Assembly (NCBI GenBank): GCA_963752595.1
Contig: CAVVYZ010000020.1
Coordinates: 160,334 to 224,333 of the forward strand
Length of the DNA stretch: 64,000 bases
Source of the DNA: an uncultured delta proteobacterium
GTDB lineage: Bacteria > Desulfobacterota > Desulfomonilia > UBA1062
Direction of reading: 5' to 3'
This document shows, in pieces, positions 13,483 to 24,731 of the stretch (its first letter is position 1; each line of letters starts with the position of its first letter). The position numbers were made by a program, and so were the translations under genes. The notes beneath the pieces are model-generated. The model was not told the DNA's origin. It saw only the letters and a program-made list of their open reading frames with translations, and did no database searches.

Positions 13483-13665
13483 TTGGCTGACAAAATAAAG
13501 GTAACGCTCAATAAGTCTGTGATCGGCAGCACCAAGGGTCAGAAGGCCATTGTGAAGGCTCTAGGGATTTCACGGCGCGGAAGATCCAGGGTCCTGCCCA
13601 ATAGTGATGCGACAAGGGGTGCGATTAAGAAGATTTCCCACCTGCTCACATGGGAGGAGATGTAG
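13483..13665 (+). CDS. rpmD: 50S ribosomal protein L30
   Basis: KVTLNKSVIG, KISHLL; synteny. Confidence 0.93.
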   Translation: MADKIKVTLNKSVIGSTKGQKAIVKALGISRRGRSRVLPNSDATRGAIKKISHLLTWEEM

Positions 13666-13667
13666 CT

Positions 13668-14111
13668 ATGTTTGATCTGTCGAACTTGACACCGGCCCCC
13701 GGCTCAAGAAAGAAAATCAAGCGCTTAGGCCGTGGAAATGCATCCGGTCAGGGCGGTACGGCCGGACGCGGACACAAGGGCCAGAAGGCCAGGTCCGGCG
13801 GCGGGGTCCCCTCATGGTTTGAAGGCGGTCAGATGCCTATTTACCGCAGGCTTCCCAAGAGAGGGTTCAAGAACCCCTTCCGGAAGGAATATGCGGTCAT
13901 CAATCTCAAAGACCTGGCTGATTTCGAACAGGGCAACGTGGTAGACCTCGCCTCATTGAAGTTAAAAGGCAAGGTTCGGGCTTCCGACACGGCCGTGAAG
14001 CTCCTGGCTCAGGGCGACATTACTGTCGCGCTGAATGTAAAGCTTGACAAGGCATCCCAGTCCGCAGTGGAAAAGATCCAAAAGGCCGGCGGCACTTTTG
14101 AAGCGATATAA
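13668..14111 (+). CDS. rplO: 50S ribosomal protein L15
   Basis: GRGHKGQKARSG, FEGGQMP, RLPKRGF. Confidence 0.99.
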   Translation: MFDLSNLTPAPGSRKKIKRLGRGNASGQGGTAGRGHKGQKARSGGGVPSWFEGGQMPIYRRLPKRGFKNPFRKEYAVINLKDLADFEQGNVVDLASLKLKGKVRASDTAVKLLAQGDITVALNVKLDKASQSAVEKIQKAGGTFEAI

Positions 14112-14121
14112 GGGGTGATAC

Positions 14122-15432
14122 GTGGCGTACGGTATTGAAAATGTGACAAAGGTTCCCGAGCTTCAGAAGCGCATCATATTCACGCTTCTGATGCTTCTCG
14201 TGTACAGGATTGGCATCCATATCCCCACACCGGGAATCGATTCCGCCATCATGGCTGAATGGTTCGATCAGCAGAAAGGGACGCTGCTCGGCATGTTCGA
14301 CATGTTTACCGGGGGAGGCTTACGGTCTTTATCCATTTTCGCTCTCGGCATAATGCCGTACATCAGTGCATCCATTATCGTTCAGCTGCTCGGGATGATC
14401 CATCCGACCTTCGAACAGCTCCAGAAAGAAGGTGCAGCAGGAAAGCACAAGCTTACCCAGTATACGCGGTACGGCACCGTTGTACTCTGTCTGATTCAGA
14501 GTTATTTCATGGCGTTCGGCGTTGAGCAGATGAGCGGCCCGGCCGGTGAACCCGTTGTTATGAATGCCGGATTATCCTTCAGGCTCATTGCCATGATAAC
14601 CATGACGACCGGTACCTGTTTCCTCATGTGGCTGGGGGAGCAGATCACCGAGCGAGGGATCGGCAACGGGATATCGCTGATCATCTTTGCCGGTATCGTT
14701 GCGAATCTGCCGGTTGCGCTATATAACAGTGTTCGTCTTACCAGGACGGGCGAGCTCCCTCTCTTCGCGCTGCTTTTCCTGCTGGTATTCATGCTCGCAG
14801 TCATTGCCGGCATCGTGTACATGGAGACGGCGCAGCGCAGGATCCCGATCCAGTACCCCAAGCAGATCAAAGGCAGGCGCGTCTACGGCGGCCAGACCAC
14901 CCATCTTCCCTTGAAGATCAATATCTCAGGGGTTATTCCGCCGATCTTTGCATCGTCGATCATCGTATTTCCGGCAACCATTGCGCAGTTCTTCCCGAAT
15001 GTAGCTGCCATGAAGTTTGTCGCGGGCGCGATGAACCCGGGCGGTTGGCTGTATAACCTTATTTATATTGTCGGCATCGTTTTCTTTACCTACTTCTACA
15101 CTGCGGTTGTGTTCAACCCGGTCGACGTGGCGGAAAACCTGAAGAAACACGGCGGCTATGTGCCCGGTATCCGCCCGGGAAAGACAACTTCCGAATACCT
15201 CGATAAGGTTCTCTCTCGCCTTACCTTTGTAGGCGCAATCTACCTGAGTGTGGTGTGTGTGCTTCCCATGATCCTCATGGCCGAGGCGAATGTTCCGTTC
15301 TACTTCGGCGGAACCTCGCTCCTGATCGTTATCGGCGTTTCACTGGATACGATGTCACAGATAGAATCCCATCTTATTTCTCGGCAGTATGACGGCTTGT
15401 TGAAGACCGGCCGCATCAAGTCGAGGCGATAG
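14122..15432 (+). CDS. secY: Preprotein translocase subunit SecY
   Basis: SIFALGIMPYISASII, GIGNGISL, PGIRPG, GGTSLLI. Confidence 0.99.
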   Translation: MAYGIENVTKVPELQKRIIFTLLMLLVYRIGIHIPTPGIDSAIMAEWFDQQKGTLLGMFDMFTGGGLRSLSIFALGIMPYISASIIVQLLGMIHPTFEQLQKEGAAGKHKLTQYTRYGTVVLCLIQSYFMAFGVEQMSGPAGEPVVMNAGLSFRLIAMITMTTGTCFLMWLGEQITERGIGNGISLIIFAGIVANLPVALYNSVRLTRTGELPLFALLFLLVFMLAVIAGIVYMETAQRRIPIQYPKQIKGRRVYGGQTTHLPLKINISGVIPPIFASSIIVFPATIAQFFPNVAAMKFVAGAMNPGGWLYNLIYIVGIVFFTYFYTAVVFNPVDVAENLKKHGGYVPGIRPGKTTSEYLDKVLSRLTFVGAIYLSVVCVLPMILMAEANVPFYFGGTSLLIVIGVSLDTMSQIESHLISRQYDGLLKTGRIKSRR

Positions 15433-15466
15433 CTAAACAACAATATACGAGGGGGAATTAAATTAT

Positions 15467-16111
15467 ATGAATATTATTCTCATAGGACCACCCGGTGCAG
15501 GAAAAGGTACACAGGCAAAGAGAATGATCGATCGTTTGGGCGTTCCCCAGATCTCGACGGGAGACATGTTCAGGGCCGCCGTGAAGGAAGGCACTCCCAT
15601 GGGGAAAAAGGCCAAGGAATATATGGATAAGGGTGCGCTGGTTCCCGACGAAGTCGTGATCGGCGTCGTAAAGGAGAGGTTTCAGAAGCCCGATGCGAAA
15701 AAAGGTTTCGTTCTGGACGGTTTCCCCAGGACACTCGAGCAGGCAAAGGCCCTCGATGGCCTGCTGAAAGACATGGGCTCCAAGCTCGACCATGTGGTCG
15801 TGATCGATGTGCCTGACGATTTCCTCGTCGAGAGGCTCACCGGCAGGCGCACATGCAAGGGCTGCGGCTACATGCACCACGTGAAGTTCGATGCGCCGAA
15901 GAAGGAAGGGATCTGTGACAAGTGCAGCGGCGAGCTCTACCTCAGAGACGACGACAAAGAGACAACCATCAGGGATAGGCTTACCGCATACCATAGCCAG
16001 ACCTCCCCGCTCATTGAGTACTACGGCAAGGCGAGCATCGTGAGGAAGGTCGACGGAACAAAGAGTATGCAAGACGTGCAGAAATCAATTACCAGCTCGA
16101 TCGGAGCTTAA
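15467..16111 (+). CDS. adk: Adenylate kinase with four-Cys zinc LID
   Basis: [23 protein letters not shown]; CKGC and CDKC. Confidence 0.99.
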   Translation: MNIILIGPPGAGKGTQAKRMIDRLGVPQISTGDMFRAAVKEGTPMGKKAKEYMDKGALVPDEVVIGVVKERFQKPDAKKGFVLDGFPRTLEQAKALDGLLKDMGSKLDHVVVIDVPDDFLVERLTGRRTCKGCGYMHHVKFDAPKKEGICDKCSGELYLRDDDKETTIRDRLTAYHSQTSPLIEYYGKASIVRKVDGTKSMQDVQKSITSSIGA

Positions 16112-16118
16112 GGAAGAT

Positions 16119-16334
16119 ATGGCGAAGGATGTTATCGAGACAGAAGGGATTGTCGTAGAACCCCTTCCCAATGCCATGTTCAAAGTAAAGCTCGAGAACG
16201 GGCATGAGATCCTTGCCCATATCTCCGGTAAGATGAGAATGCATTATATACGGATTCTGCCAGGCGACAAGGTTCAGGTGGAGATATCACCCTATGATTT
16301 GACCAAGGGTAGGATAGTTTACAGATCAAAATAA
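16119..16334 (+). CDS. infA: Translation initiation factor IF-1
   Basis: [23 protein letters not shown]. Confidence 0.99.
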   Translation: MAKDVIETEGIVVEPLPNAMFKVKLENGHEILAHISGKMRMHYIRILPGDKVQVEISPYDLTKGRIVYRSK

Positions 16335-16348
16335 CTTGAGGGTTAGAC

Positions 16349-16462
16349 ATGAAAGTAAATGCATCAGTTAAAAAACGTTGCCGGGACTGCAAGGTCATCA
16401 AGAGGCACGGTCATATCCGTGTCATCTGCAAGAATCCGCGACATAATCAGAAGCAAGGGTAA
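16349..16462 (+). CDS. rpmJ: 50S ribosomal protein L36 (absent from the ORF track)
   Basis: Manual translation [37 protein letters not shown]. Confidence 0.97.
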   Translation: MKVNASVKKRCRDCKVIKRHGHIRVICKNPRHNQKQG

Positions 16463-16473
16463 GGAGGCAAAGC

Positions 16474-16842
16474 GTGGCGAGGATCGCAGGAGTAGATTTA
16501 CCGAGGAATAAGCGCATTGATATCGCTCTGACCTACATTTTCGGGATCGGTCGGACTCGGGCAAGCGAGATCGTATCATCACTGGATATCGACGCTGCCA
16601 AGAGAAGCGATGACTTGAGCGAGCAGGAAATTGCCGCTATCAGGGATTACATCGACAAGAATATTACCGTCGAAGGCGACCTGAGGCGCGAAGTGACCAT
16701 GAACATAAGAAGGCTCATGGACGTTGCGAGCTACCGGGGCTTACGGCACCGGAAAGGCTTACCGAGCCGCGGCCAGCATACCCATAACAACGCAAGAACG
16801 CGTAAAGGTCCCCGTAGGTTAGTAGTGGGCAAGAAGAAATAA
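16474..16842 (+). CDS. rpsM: 30S ribosomal protein S13
   Basis: [26 protein letters not shown]. Confidence 0.98.
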   Translation: MARIAGVDLPRNKRIDIALTYIFGIGRTRASEIVSSLDIDAAKRSDDLSEQEIAAIRDYIDKNITVEGDLRREVTMNIRRLMDVASYRGLRHRKGLPSRGQHTHNNARTRKGPRRLVVGKKK

Positions 16843-16860
16843 CACGAGGAGAAGCTTCAC

Positions 16861-17253
16861 ATGGGAAAAGCGAGAGTTAAAACCGGCAAGAAAAAGCAGA
16901 GGAGAGACATCAACGAAGGTGTTGTTCATATCCAGGCTACATTCAACAATACCATCATAACCATCACGGACACGCAGGGGAACACCCTCTCTTGGTCGAC
17001 AGCCGGTGCACAGGGTTTCAAAGGTTCCAGGAAGTCAACTCCTTTTGCAGCGCAGATGGCAGCTTCGGAGGCTTGCAAGAAAGCCCAGGAGCAGGGCCTG
17101 AAGAGCGCATTTGCCTATATCAAGGGACCGGGAAGCGGTCGTGAATCAGCACTGAGGGCTGTCAATGCCAGCGGAATACGTATCACCGGCATCAAGGATG
17201 TTACCCCGATTCCGCATAACGGCTGCAGGCCACCAAAGAAACGTAGGGTATAA
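16861..17253 (+). CDS. rpsK: 30S ribosomal protein S11
   Basis: [27 protein letters not shown]. Confidence 0.99.
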   Translation: MGKARVKTGKKKQRRDINEGVVHIQATFNNTIITITDTQGNTLSWSTAGAQGFKGSRKSTPFAAQMAASEACKKAQEQGLKSAFAYIKGPGSGRESALRAVNASGIRITGIKDVTPIPHNGCRPPKKRRV

Positions 17254-17265
17254 GGAGGAATAGTC

Positions 17266-17892
17266 TTGGCGAGATATACAGGCCCTGTTTGTAAAATTTG
17301 TCGTAGAGAAGGAGTCAAACTCTTTCTGAAAGGACAGCGTTGCTATACCGATAAGTGCGCCGTTGTTACGCGTGAGTATCCTCCGGGTCAGCATGGCCAG
17401 GGGAGGGTGCGCGCCAGTGAATACCGCACTCATTTGCGGGAGAAGCAGAAAGTTCGAAGGACGTATGGAGTTTCAGAGTCACAGTTCCGGAAGTACTATG
17501 ATATGGCAAAGACCCAGCGTGGTGCAACGGGCGAGAACCTCCTGGTCCTCCTTGAAAGAAGACTCGACAATATAGTTTATCGCAGCGGGTTTGCTGCATC
17601 CCGAGCCGAAGCACGCCAGCTCGTGGACCACGGGCACATCGTAGTGAACGGAAGAAAGTCCGATGTCCCGTCGTTCCTTGTGAAGGCCGGCGATGAGATC
17701 AAAGTGAAAGACAAGAGCAAGACTCTCGACTCGATCACCCAGTCTCTTGAGTTGAGGGAGCAGCGCGGCCTTGTGAACTGGCTGGAAGTGAACAAGGATG
17801 CGAAGTCCGTTACCGTGATGACACTGCCTGAGAGGAAAGATATGCCGATGGCAGTTGAGGAAACACTGATCGTTGAGTTCTATTCAAAATAA
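17266..17892 (+). CDS. rpsD: 30S ribosomal protein S4 (zinc-binding form)
   Basis: MARYTGP, CKIC..C..C, LERRLDN, VEFYSK. Confidence 0.99.
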   Translation: MARYTGPVCKICRREGVKLFLKGQRCYTDKCAVVTREYPPGQHGQGRVRASEYRTHLREKQKVRRTYGVSESQFRKYYDMAKTQRGATGENLLVLLERRLDNIVYRSGFAASRAEARQLVDHGHIVVNGRKSDVPSFLVKAGDEIKVKDKSKTLDSITQSLELREQRGLVNWLEVNKDAKSVTVMTLPERKDMPMAVEETLIVEFYSK

Positions 17893-17912
17893 ACTAAAAG
17901 CAAGGGAATAGA

Positions 17913-18950
17913 ATGATTGAGAAGAACTGGAAAGAAATCATAAAACCCGGCAAGCTGGAGATAGTAGAGGGTACGTTTACCAACTCGTATGCGCGTTTCA
18001 ATGCGCAGCCTCTCGAGCGTGGATTCGGTGTCACCATCGGCAACTCGCTCAGAAGGATACTCCTCTCATCCCTCTATGGATCTGCCATCATCGGGGTAAA
18101 ATTTGACGAGTCTCTGGGTGTTCTCCACGAGTTCTCGAGCATCTCCGGCATTTACGAGGATGTAACCGATATCATTCTCAATCTCAAAAAGGTTGTCCTC
18201 AAGATGCACACCGATAAGCCCCAGATCGTATCCCTCGATAAGACAGGGCCGTGCGAGGTGACTGCAGGAGATATCGCAATGGGCGGGAACATCGACGTGA
18301 TCAACCCGGATCAGCATATCGCAACTATAGAAAACGGCATGACGCTGAAGATGGAGATGAGAGTCGACTGGGGCAGGGGATATGTACCTGCCGAGATCAA
18401 CAAGGAAAAGATCGATACCCAAGGATGGATAGCGATCGACGCTATCTTTTCCCCGGTACGGAGGGTATCCTTCAACGTGACTCCTACCATCGTGGGAAGA
18501 AGAACCGACTATGACAGGCTCTCTCTGGAGGTCTGGACAAACGGTGTGGTCGCTCCTGACGATGCACTGGCGTTTGCTGCGAAGATCAACAAAGAGTACA
18601 TGGAGACCTTCATCAACTTCCACGAGGAAGAGATCGAGCGTCAGGGCATCAGCGAGGAAGGCGAGAGAGAGCTGAACAACAACCTGTTCAGGACCGTCGA
18701 GGAGCTCGAGCTCTCCGTCAGGTCGGCCAATTGCCTCAAGAACGCCAACATGACCTACATCTATGAGCTCGTCCAGAAGAGCGAAGCAGAGCTGCTGAAG
18801 ACCAAGAACTTCGGCCGCAAATCCCTGGAAGAGATCAAGGAAAAGCTCGCGAAGATGGGTCTCCACATCGGCATGAAGATACCGAATCTGCCTTCTCCCG
18901 ACGAGATCGAAGAGAGAAGAAAGAGGATGGAAGAAGAGGAAAGCAAGTAG
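17913..18950 (+). CDS. rpoA: RNA polymerase subunit alpha
   Basis: [39 protein letters not shown]. Confidence 0.99.
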   Translation: MIEKNWKEIIKPGKLEIVEGTFTNSYARFNAQPLERGFGVTIGNSLRRILLSSLYGSAIIGVKFDESLGVLHEFSSISGIYEDVTDIILNLKKVVLKMHTDKPQIVSLDKTGPCEVTAGDIAMGGNIDVINPDQHIATIENGMTLKMEMRVDWGRGYVPAEINKEKIDTQGWIAIDAIFSPVRRVSFNVTPTIVGRRTDYDRLSLEVWTNGVVAPDDALAFAAKINKEYMETFINFHEEEIERQGISEEGERELNNNLFRTVEELELSVRSANCLKNANMTYIYELVQKSEAELLKTKNFGRKSLEEIKEKLAKMGLHIGMKIPNLPSPDEIEERRKRMEEEESK

Positions 18951-18965
18951 AAGTGGGGGGCAGTA

Positions 18966-19433
18966 ATGTATCATCATATTGCAGGTAGAAAACTCGGGCG
19001 TAAAGCAGACCATAAAAATGCTTTGATGAAGAATCTGGTCACCTCTCTGATCGTTCATGAGAGGCTCGAAACGACAGTGGCCAAGGCAAAAGAGCTCAAG
19101 ATGCTCGCCGACAAGATGATCACCCTGGGTAAAAAGGGAGACACGGCAGCCTTGAGGCTCGCATTGAAGAACATACAGACCAAAGAGGCCGTCGGGAAAC
19201 TCTTCAAGGAACTTGCCCCTCGGTTCAACGGCCGTAACGGCGGATATACCAGGGTCTTAAAGTATAGGAACCGCAGAGGCGACGGTGCACCTACTGCAAT
19301 AATCGAGTGGGTTGAGTCAGCCGCCGCTGCCCCAGTGGCTGCTGATACCGAGAAGAAAAAGACCGAGAAGAAAGCTGCCGGAAAGAAGCCCTCTGCTAAA
19401 AAGGCACCTGAAAAGAAGGCTGCAGAAGCGTAA
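18966..19433 (+). CDS. rplQ: 50S ribosomal protein L17 with Lys/Ala-rich tail
   Basis: [28 protein letters not shown]. Confidence 0.98.
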   Translation: MYHHIAGRKLGRKADHKNALMKNLVTSLIVHERLETTVAKAKELKMLADKMITLGKKGDTAALRLALKNIQTKEAVGKLFKELAPRFNGRNGGYTRVLKYRNRRGDGAPTAIIEWVESAAAAPVAADTEKKKTEKKAAGKKPSAKKAPEKKAAEA

Positions 19434-19437
19434 AAGC

Positions 19438-20250
19438 TTGATAGCGAGAGATTGCATCAGGGCCGTAACCGTCTCACAGCTCAGCTTTTCATATCAAACG
19501 AGACATATACTGCGGGGTATCGACTTAGAGATACCCCGCGGTTCTTATTTTGGGATTGTGGGCCCCAACGGGAGCGGCAAAACCACCCTGGCATACCTCA
19601 TTTCAGGGATCCTCACTCCTTCCGGCGGATCGATCGACGTCCACGGCAACCGCGTAGGTCTTGTGCTCGCAAACCCGGCAAATCAGGTGGTGAGCCTGGT
19701 GGTGGAAGAAGACATCGCCTTCGGTCCCGAGAATCTGATGCTTCCGAGCGATGAGATCAATGCGCGGATAGACGCAGCGCTCGGCCTTGTCCACGGTGAC
19801 TACTTACGGCAGTCCCTCACCACCGCATTGTCCGGCGGGGAGCTTGCAAAGGTGGTCTTTGCCGGGCAGCTGGCCCTTGATACGGATGTGCTCGTCCTGG
19901 ACGAAGGCACGATCATGCTCGACCCCGTCAATCGAAAGATCCTCATTGAAACAATCCGCGAAATGAATAAAGACTTAGGCAAGACGATCATCCACATATC
20001 ACACAGGCTCGATGATCTGGAGGCATCCGATATGGTCGCAGCACTGGACGAGGGGACCATTGCAGTCAGGGCCGACGGGGTTTTTGATCTGGTGAAGAAG
20101 ATGTCTGAACATTCCATTCCGGGTATCGAACCGGGAGCTGGCATCCTCTACAGGAGTTTTCTCCTCGACAAAGGCATTACCAACCCCGATATGGAAGAGG
20201 CCACGAAAGAGCTTGCAGCGAAGATAAAGGCCAAGCCGCAGCGACGTTAA
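19438..20250 (+). CDS. Energy-coupling factor (ECF) transporter ATPase, EcfA/CbiO-like; start approximate
   Basis: Walker A GPNGSGKT, NPANQVV..VEEDIAFGPENL, LSGGE, LDEG. Confidence 0.85.
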   Translation: MIARDCIRAVTVSQLSFSYQTRHILRGIDLEIPRGSYFGIVGPNGSGKTTLAYLISGILTPSGGSIDVHGNRVGLVLANPANQVVSLVVEEDIAFGPENLMLPSDEINARIDAALGLVHGDYLRQSLTTALSGGELAKVVFAGQLALDTDVLVLDEGTIMLDPVNRKILIETIREMNKDLGKTIIHISHRLDDLEASDMVAALDEGTIAVRADGVFDLVKKMSEHSIPGIEPGAGILYRSFLLDKGITNPDMEEATKELAAKIKAKPQRR

Positions 20251-20293
20251 AACCGGCAACCAGCCAGTCACTCCAGGTGCTTTCGAGTCGCAG

Positions 20294-21016
20294 CTAGGTG
20301 CTTTTCTCTCCGCTGCGGTTTGCATACAGTTTTTTGATGCTCTCCTTCAGGTTCTCAGCCTCGGCAGGGGCTTTCACACCCTTATTGTTCAGGATGTCGT
20401 TTGCCGAGATGCCGGGCTTACCGTAGAAGGCGGCATTTGCGTCACGGTCGATCTGGAGGGCGGAACCTTCCAGGGAAATGCCTGCAAAAAAGCCTCTGCT
20501 CCTCGAATAGGAATAGATTTCGGCTTTGAGTTCGAGATCGGTCTGCGCTTCGGCATGGCGTCCCACAGGGCCGACTGCTATGGATGCATCGCTTCCGAGG
20601 GTGAATTTCCCCTTTGAAATGGCCTCGATGCTCCGTTTTTTCTTGAAGACAAGGACGATATCGGTCGATTGGACTCCCAGCTGCCAGCCAAGGCTTCCTC
20701 CGGCAATGGAGATGAAAACCGGATTGCTCCATGAACCGCTGTCATCAAGAACGGAAAGCACCCCTTTGCCGTATCTGCCGCCGAGCATGAAGCCTGCCTT
20801 GATAACCTGCGGGATAACCGCAATGCCGTAGGCGTCCTTGAGTACGGCTTCAGGGATCTCATAATCAGGCGTTCCCATGATTTCAGAGAGTACCTGGGCA
20901 GCCTCCCGAGCCTTGGACGATTCGTTTCCGGCAGCAGAAAGAGAAGTTGTTCCAACGAAGCTGATGAAGAAACATACGCCGATTAAGATGTACAGGTAGG
21001 ATTTCATGCATTTCAT
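20294..21016 (-). CDS. Lipid-binding SYLF (Ysc84-like) domain protein, secreted
   Basis: Signal peptide; KAGFMLGGRYGKG, GGSLGWQLGVQSTD, YSYSRSRGFFAGISLEG. Confidence 0.9.
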   Translation of the reverse strand: MKCMKSYLYILIGVCFFISFVGTTSLSAAGNESSKAREAAQVLSEIMGTPDYEIPEAVLKDAYGIAVIPQVIKAGFMLGGRYGKGVLSVLDDSGSWSNPVFISIAGGSLGWQLGVQSTDIVLVFKKKRSIEAISKGKFTLGSDASIAVGPVGRHAEAQTDLELKAEIYSYSRSRGFFAGISLEGSALQIDRDANAAFYGKPGISANDILNNKGVKAPAEAENLKESIKKLYANRSGEKST

Positions 21017-21122
21017 AATAGTCCTGCGGTATTCCCCCTGTCAACCAGGACGTTGCAGCATGCTTGAATCTATCGGAGACACCTCTACAGCTCGTTTGAT
21101 GAATGGGGCTCAATACGCGTGA

Positions 21123-21317
21123 TTATCGCTGTTCGTGGGACTTTTTCCCATAAACCCGCTCGTAGGCCTTGCAGTAGGGGCAGATGCCGTCCTCGATAGT
21201 CTTGACGAACCAGAAGGCAAAGCCCCTCTGCTTTGCCCTGGCACTCCTGCAGACCGGGCATTCGACGCATTTCTGTGCCATTACCTTATCTTTTTCGCTG
21301 ACGGTTCCCTGACTCAT
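21123..21317 (-). CDS. Small Cys-rich hypothetical protein
   Basis: 64 aa with CVECPVC and CPYC; GGAGGAG RBS. Confidence 0.75.
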   Translation of the reverse strand: MSQGTVSEKDKVMAQKCVECPVCRSARAKQRGFAFWFVKTIEDGICPYCKAYERVYGKKSHEQR

Positions 21318-21668
21318 ACGTGCTCCTCCCTTGCTTTAACGGTAGTTCATGTATGGATAACAATATCATATTTTGATGATTATAGTAATGATGCTCACGG
21401 TTTTAACAAATGTGCATGATATTCAAGCGAGATCCATTCGCGATACGATCAGAAGGCATCCGACTCCTCTGTATGCGAGTGGGTCGATACAGATCATTCG
21501 CAATGAGGTTACTTATATATCTATGAACTTCCATGTCCACACCCTTCAATGCAATATTACATGCCGAGGTATCTCCTTTGTGTAGTGCCCATGGTGCCCG
21601 ATTTCTCACATTAACGGATTAAGGAGCAGGATATTCAGTGGTCAGTGCCGAAAAACCAGGAGGGAAAC

Positions 21669-22438
21669 ATGAGAGAAGTAGTGATTACAAGTGCTGTGCG
21701 AACAGCGATCGGGAGCTTCAACGGAAGCCTCTCGGGTATCGATGCGAATAAGCTCGGCGCCATCGTCATAGAGAGCGCGATAACCCGGTCAGGGATAAAG
21801 AAGGAAGACGTTGACGAGATCATCATGGGCATGGTCCTGCCCTGCGGCCGAGGCCAGAACCCCGCCAGGCAGGCATCCGTCCATGCAGGCATGCCCTGGG
21901 GAGTGCAGTGCCTCACCGTCAATAAGGTATGCGGTTCGGGCTTGAAGTCGGTCATGCTCGGTGCCCAGGCCATCCAGACAGGCGATGCGGATATCATCGT
22001 GGCAGGCGGAATGGAAAACATGAGCCAGGCACCGTACTACCTCGATAAAGCCCGCTTCGGTTACCGTCTTGGGCCCGGGACGCTCAACGATCATATGATG
22101 CACGACGGCCTGTGGGATATCGTCAATGATTTTCACATGGGCATATCCAATGAGCTGGTTATTGACAAGTACACGGTCAGCAGGGAAGACCAGGACCTCT
22201 ATTCACTCCGGAGCCAGGACAGGGCGTTACAGTCCATCAGGGAAGGGCGTTTCAAGGAAGAGATCATACCTGTTGAAGTCCCCAAGAAAAAAGGCGAGGC
22301 CGCACTCTTCGAGGTTGATGAGCACCCACGTGAAACTACCTTCGAAGCCCTCTCGAAGTTGCCTCCTGTGTTTAAAAAGGGAGGGAAAACCACTGCAGGC
22401 AATGCATCGGGAATAGCCGATGGTGCCTCTGCCGTAGT
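21669..22438 (+). pseudogene. Acetyl-CoA C-acetyltransferase (thiolase), 5' part, interrupted by IS21
   Basis: RTAIGSF, NKVCGSGLK, TAGNASGIADGASAVV running into the IS end. Confidence 0.93.
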
Positions 22439-22492
22439 TGTCAATGGGAAGATAAAAGTATACCAATTCTGAGAATGAAAAGTATACCACCC

Positions 22493-23267
22493 TTACCCGA
22501 TCGTGCCATGAGAATCGACCCCGTCCTTTGAGATTTTTCCCCTTAAGCGGAAGCTGTTGCCTCTGATGTTGATTACGACGCTATGATGAAGCAAGCGATC
22601 AAGGATCGCCGTGACGACGACCCGGTCGTGAAAGAGCTCGGTCCAATCGGTGAATGCCTTGTTGGATGTCAGGATAGTGCTGGCCTTCTCATAGCGGTTG
22701 GCAACGAACCGGAAAAAAAGATTGCATTCCTGCCGGTCGATGGGCGTGTAGCCGACTTCGTCAACGACCACAAGCGCCGATTTGTAATAGCTTCTCCTCT
22801 GCCGGAGCGGCCTGTCTCGTGGTCTTTCCTGAGTTTCCCGATGAGGTCCTCCATGGTAGTGAAGTACACGCTTAATCCCGACTGGCAGGCTTTCACCGCT
22901 AAAGCTACGGCCAGATGAGTCTTGCCCACCCCAGGAGGACCCAGGAAGATCACGTTCCCCCTCTGGCGGATGAAGGTCAGGTCGAACAGCGACATGACTT
23001 TCTGCTTGTTAAGGCCAGGCTGGAAGGTGAAGTCGAACTTGTCGATGGACTTGATGGAGGGAAGCCCCGAGATCATCAGCGTGGTTTCCACCGGCGCTGC
23101 TCTTTCTGGGCCACTTCCTCTTCGAGCAGGTCATCGAGGAAGGAGAGATAGCTTTTCCCCTGTTCCTGGGCTGTATGAATAACGCCATCGAGAATTTCCC
23201 GAATCCGTGGGAGCCTCGACCGGGTGAGGTTGGCTTCGTTCTTCTCGAATACCAGGGTATCGCTGAT
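22493..23267 (-). CDS. istB: IS21 helper AAA+ ATPase IstB, frameshifted
   Basis: FDFTFQP, GPPGVGKTHLA, VDEVGY, TSNKAF, AILDRLLHH spread over three frames. Confidence 0.9.
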
Positions 23268-24536
23268 ATCGTACACCCCGCTGCATGGGCATAGGCGGAC
23301 ACAGGCCTGGTCTCAACATCCATATCATACCGGGGTTTCATCGGTGAGATGGTCAGCTTTGCCCGACCCTTTGCCGGTCTGCCATGATGGTATTTCCTGG
23401 CGTTCATTGCCGGATCTTGCGAAGGGCCTCATAGAAGCTCTTGTCCTGCACCAGGTGGCCCTCCCTGTAGGTATCTCGTAGGTGACGATGTGCCGGTTGT
23501 CGGCAAACACTCTCATGGTCTTATCCTTTACCCGAAGCACGATCTCTTTGCCCACAAGAGTATGGGGAACAACAAAGCTGTTGCCTTCAAAGCGTACCGT
23601 GCAGTCTTTGTGCACCTTCCGGTATACCCGGTACGAGGTGTTGAATGGACGCGTGGGCAAGGACTTCAAGTAAGGCTGCTCACGCTCGAACCGTACCCGC
23701 ACCACTTCATGGGTTGTCCCATGCACCCTCTCATCCTTGATGGCAAGCCACTCTCGCAGATCCCGGTTTGCCGTCTCAAGGCAAGTGAATCCATATCCTC
23801 TCCAGAATCCTTCCCGGATGAAGGAATACGGCCTCTCTACCTTGCCCTTTACCCAGGCGGCATAGGCAGGAGCCACCCTGAGGTTGAACCCGTAATGTAT
23901 GGCAAACCCCTCAAGCGTTGCATTGAACCTGGTCTTGCCCGCAAGCTTTCCGATGTAGACGTTCCTCATCCGGTCATAGAGGATCTCTCCGGGAACTCCT
24001 CCAAAGAAGGCAAATGCCCGGATATGGCAATCCAGAAAGGTCGGCAGGTCACAGTGCTCGATGAACTCGGCATAGAGTTTGCGCGAGTATCCCAGAATCA
24101 TGCAGAACAGATAGTACTTCTTAATTGAGCCATCATCATGCTCCACTTGAAACTCGCCGAAATCTACCTGCGCCTGGAATCCGGGCTCGCTCTCGAACCG
24201 CATATAGGCTATGCGCTGCGATTCCTCCTTGAGCTTATGGACCTTCAGCTTCACCAGGTCATAGCTACCTGTATATCCAAGCGGTTTAAGGTGATCATAA
24301 ATCCAGGTAGCCTTGTATTCGGGATCTTCATCAAGCCAGACCTTGATGTTCCCCATATAAGGGTCAAGCTTGCTCTCCCTCACAACCACTCGCCGTTCAC
24401 GCTCACAGATTTCGGGGTCTTCAAGGTACTTGTGCACTGTCTTCCGGGACATCCCAAGCCGCTTGGCAATCTGCCTTTCGGATAATCCCTGCCGTTTAAG
24501 CGCCACGATGTCCATCACATCTCCCATTCTCTTCAC
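23264..24536 (-). CDS. istA: IS21 transposase IstA, frameshifted near the 3' end
   Basis: N-terminal HTH, RFESEPGFQAQVDFG, LGYSR, KGKVER, HGTT. Confidence 0.92.
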
Positions 24537-24731
24537 CCGAGCCCCGCACGGTTCCGTTTCTGCACTCCATCAAGTGCTCCTCGGAAACCATGTCGGGGCG
24601 GCTGACTACTTCCCGGGGGACACATTCCCCCCGCCCCTTTGAAAAACTCCTTTAATCTCCTTAAAACGAAAAACCTAAAAACCCTCTGGGGGTATACTCT
24701 TTCCATTTTGGGTCCCTTTTATCATTCCAGA

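Larger units (their letters stand above)
22439..24731 (-). mobile_element. IS21-family insertion sequence with GTAGT target duplication
   Basis: End TGTCAATGGGAAGATAAAAGTATACC at 22439 with repeated AGTATACCA boxes; partly garbled inverse at 24690-24731; GTAGT at 22434-22438 and 24732-24736. Confidence 0.93.

Noticed and set aside
19320-19433. Low-complexity Lys/Ala/Glu tail of L17 as a repeat element
   Set aside because: Such tails are common on L17 and there is no nucleotide-level repeat unit.
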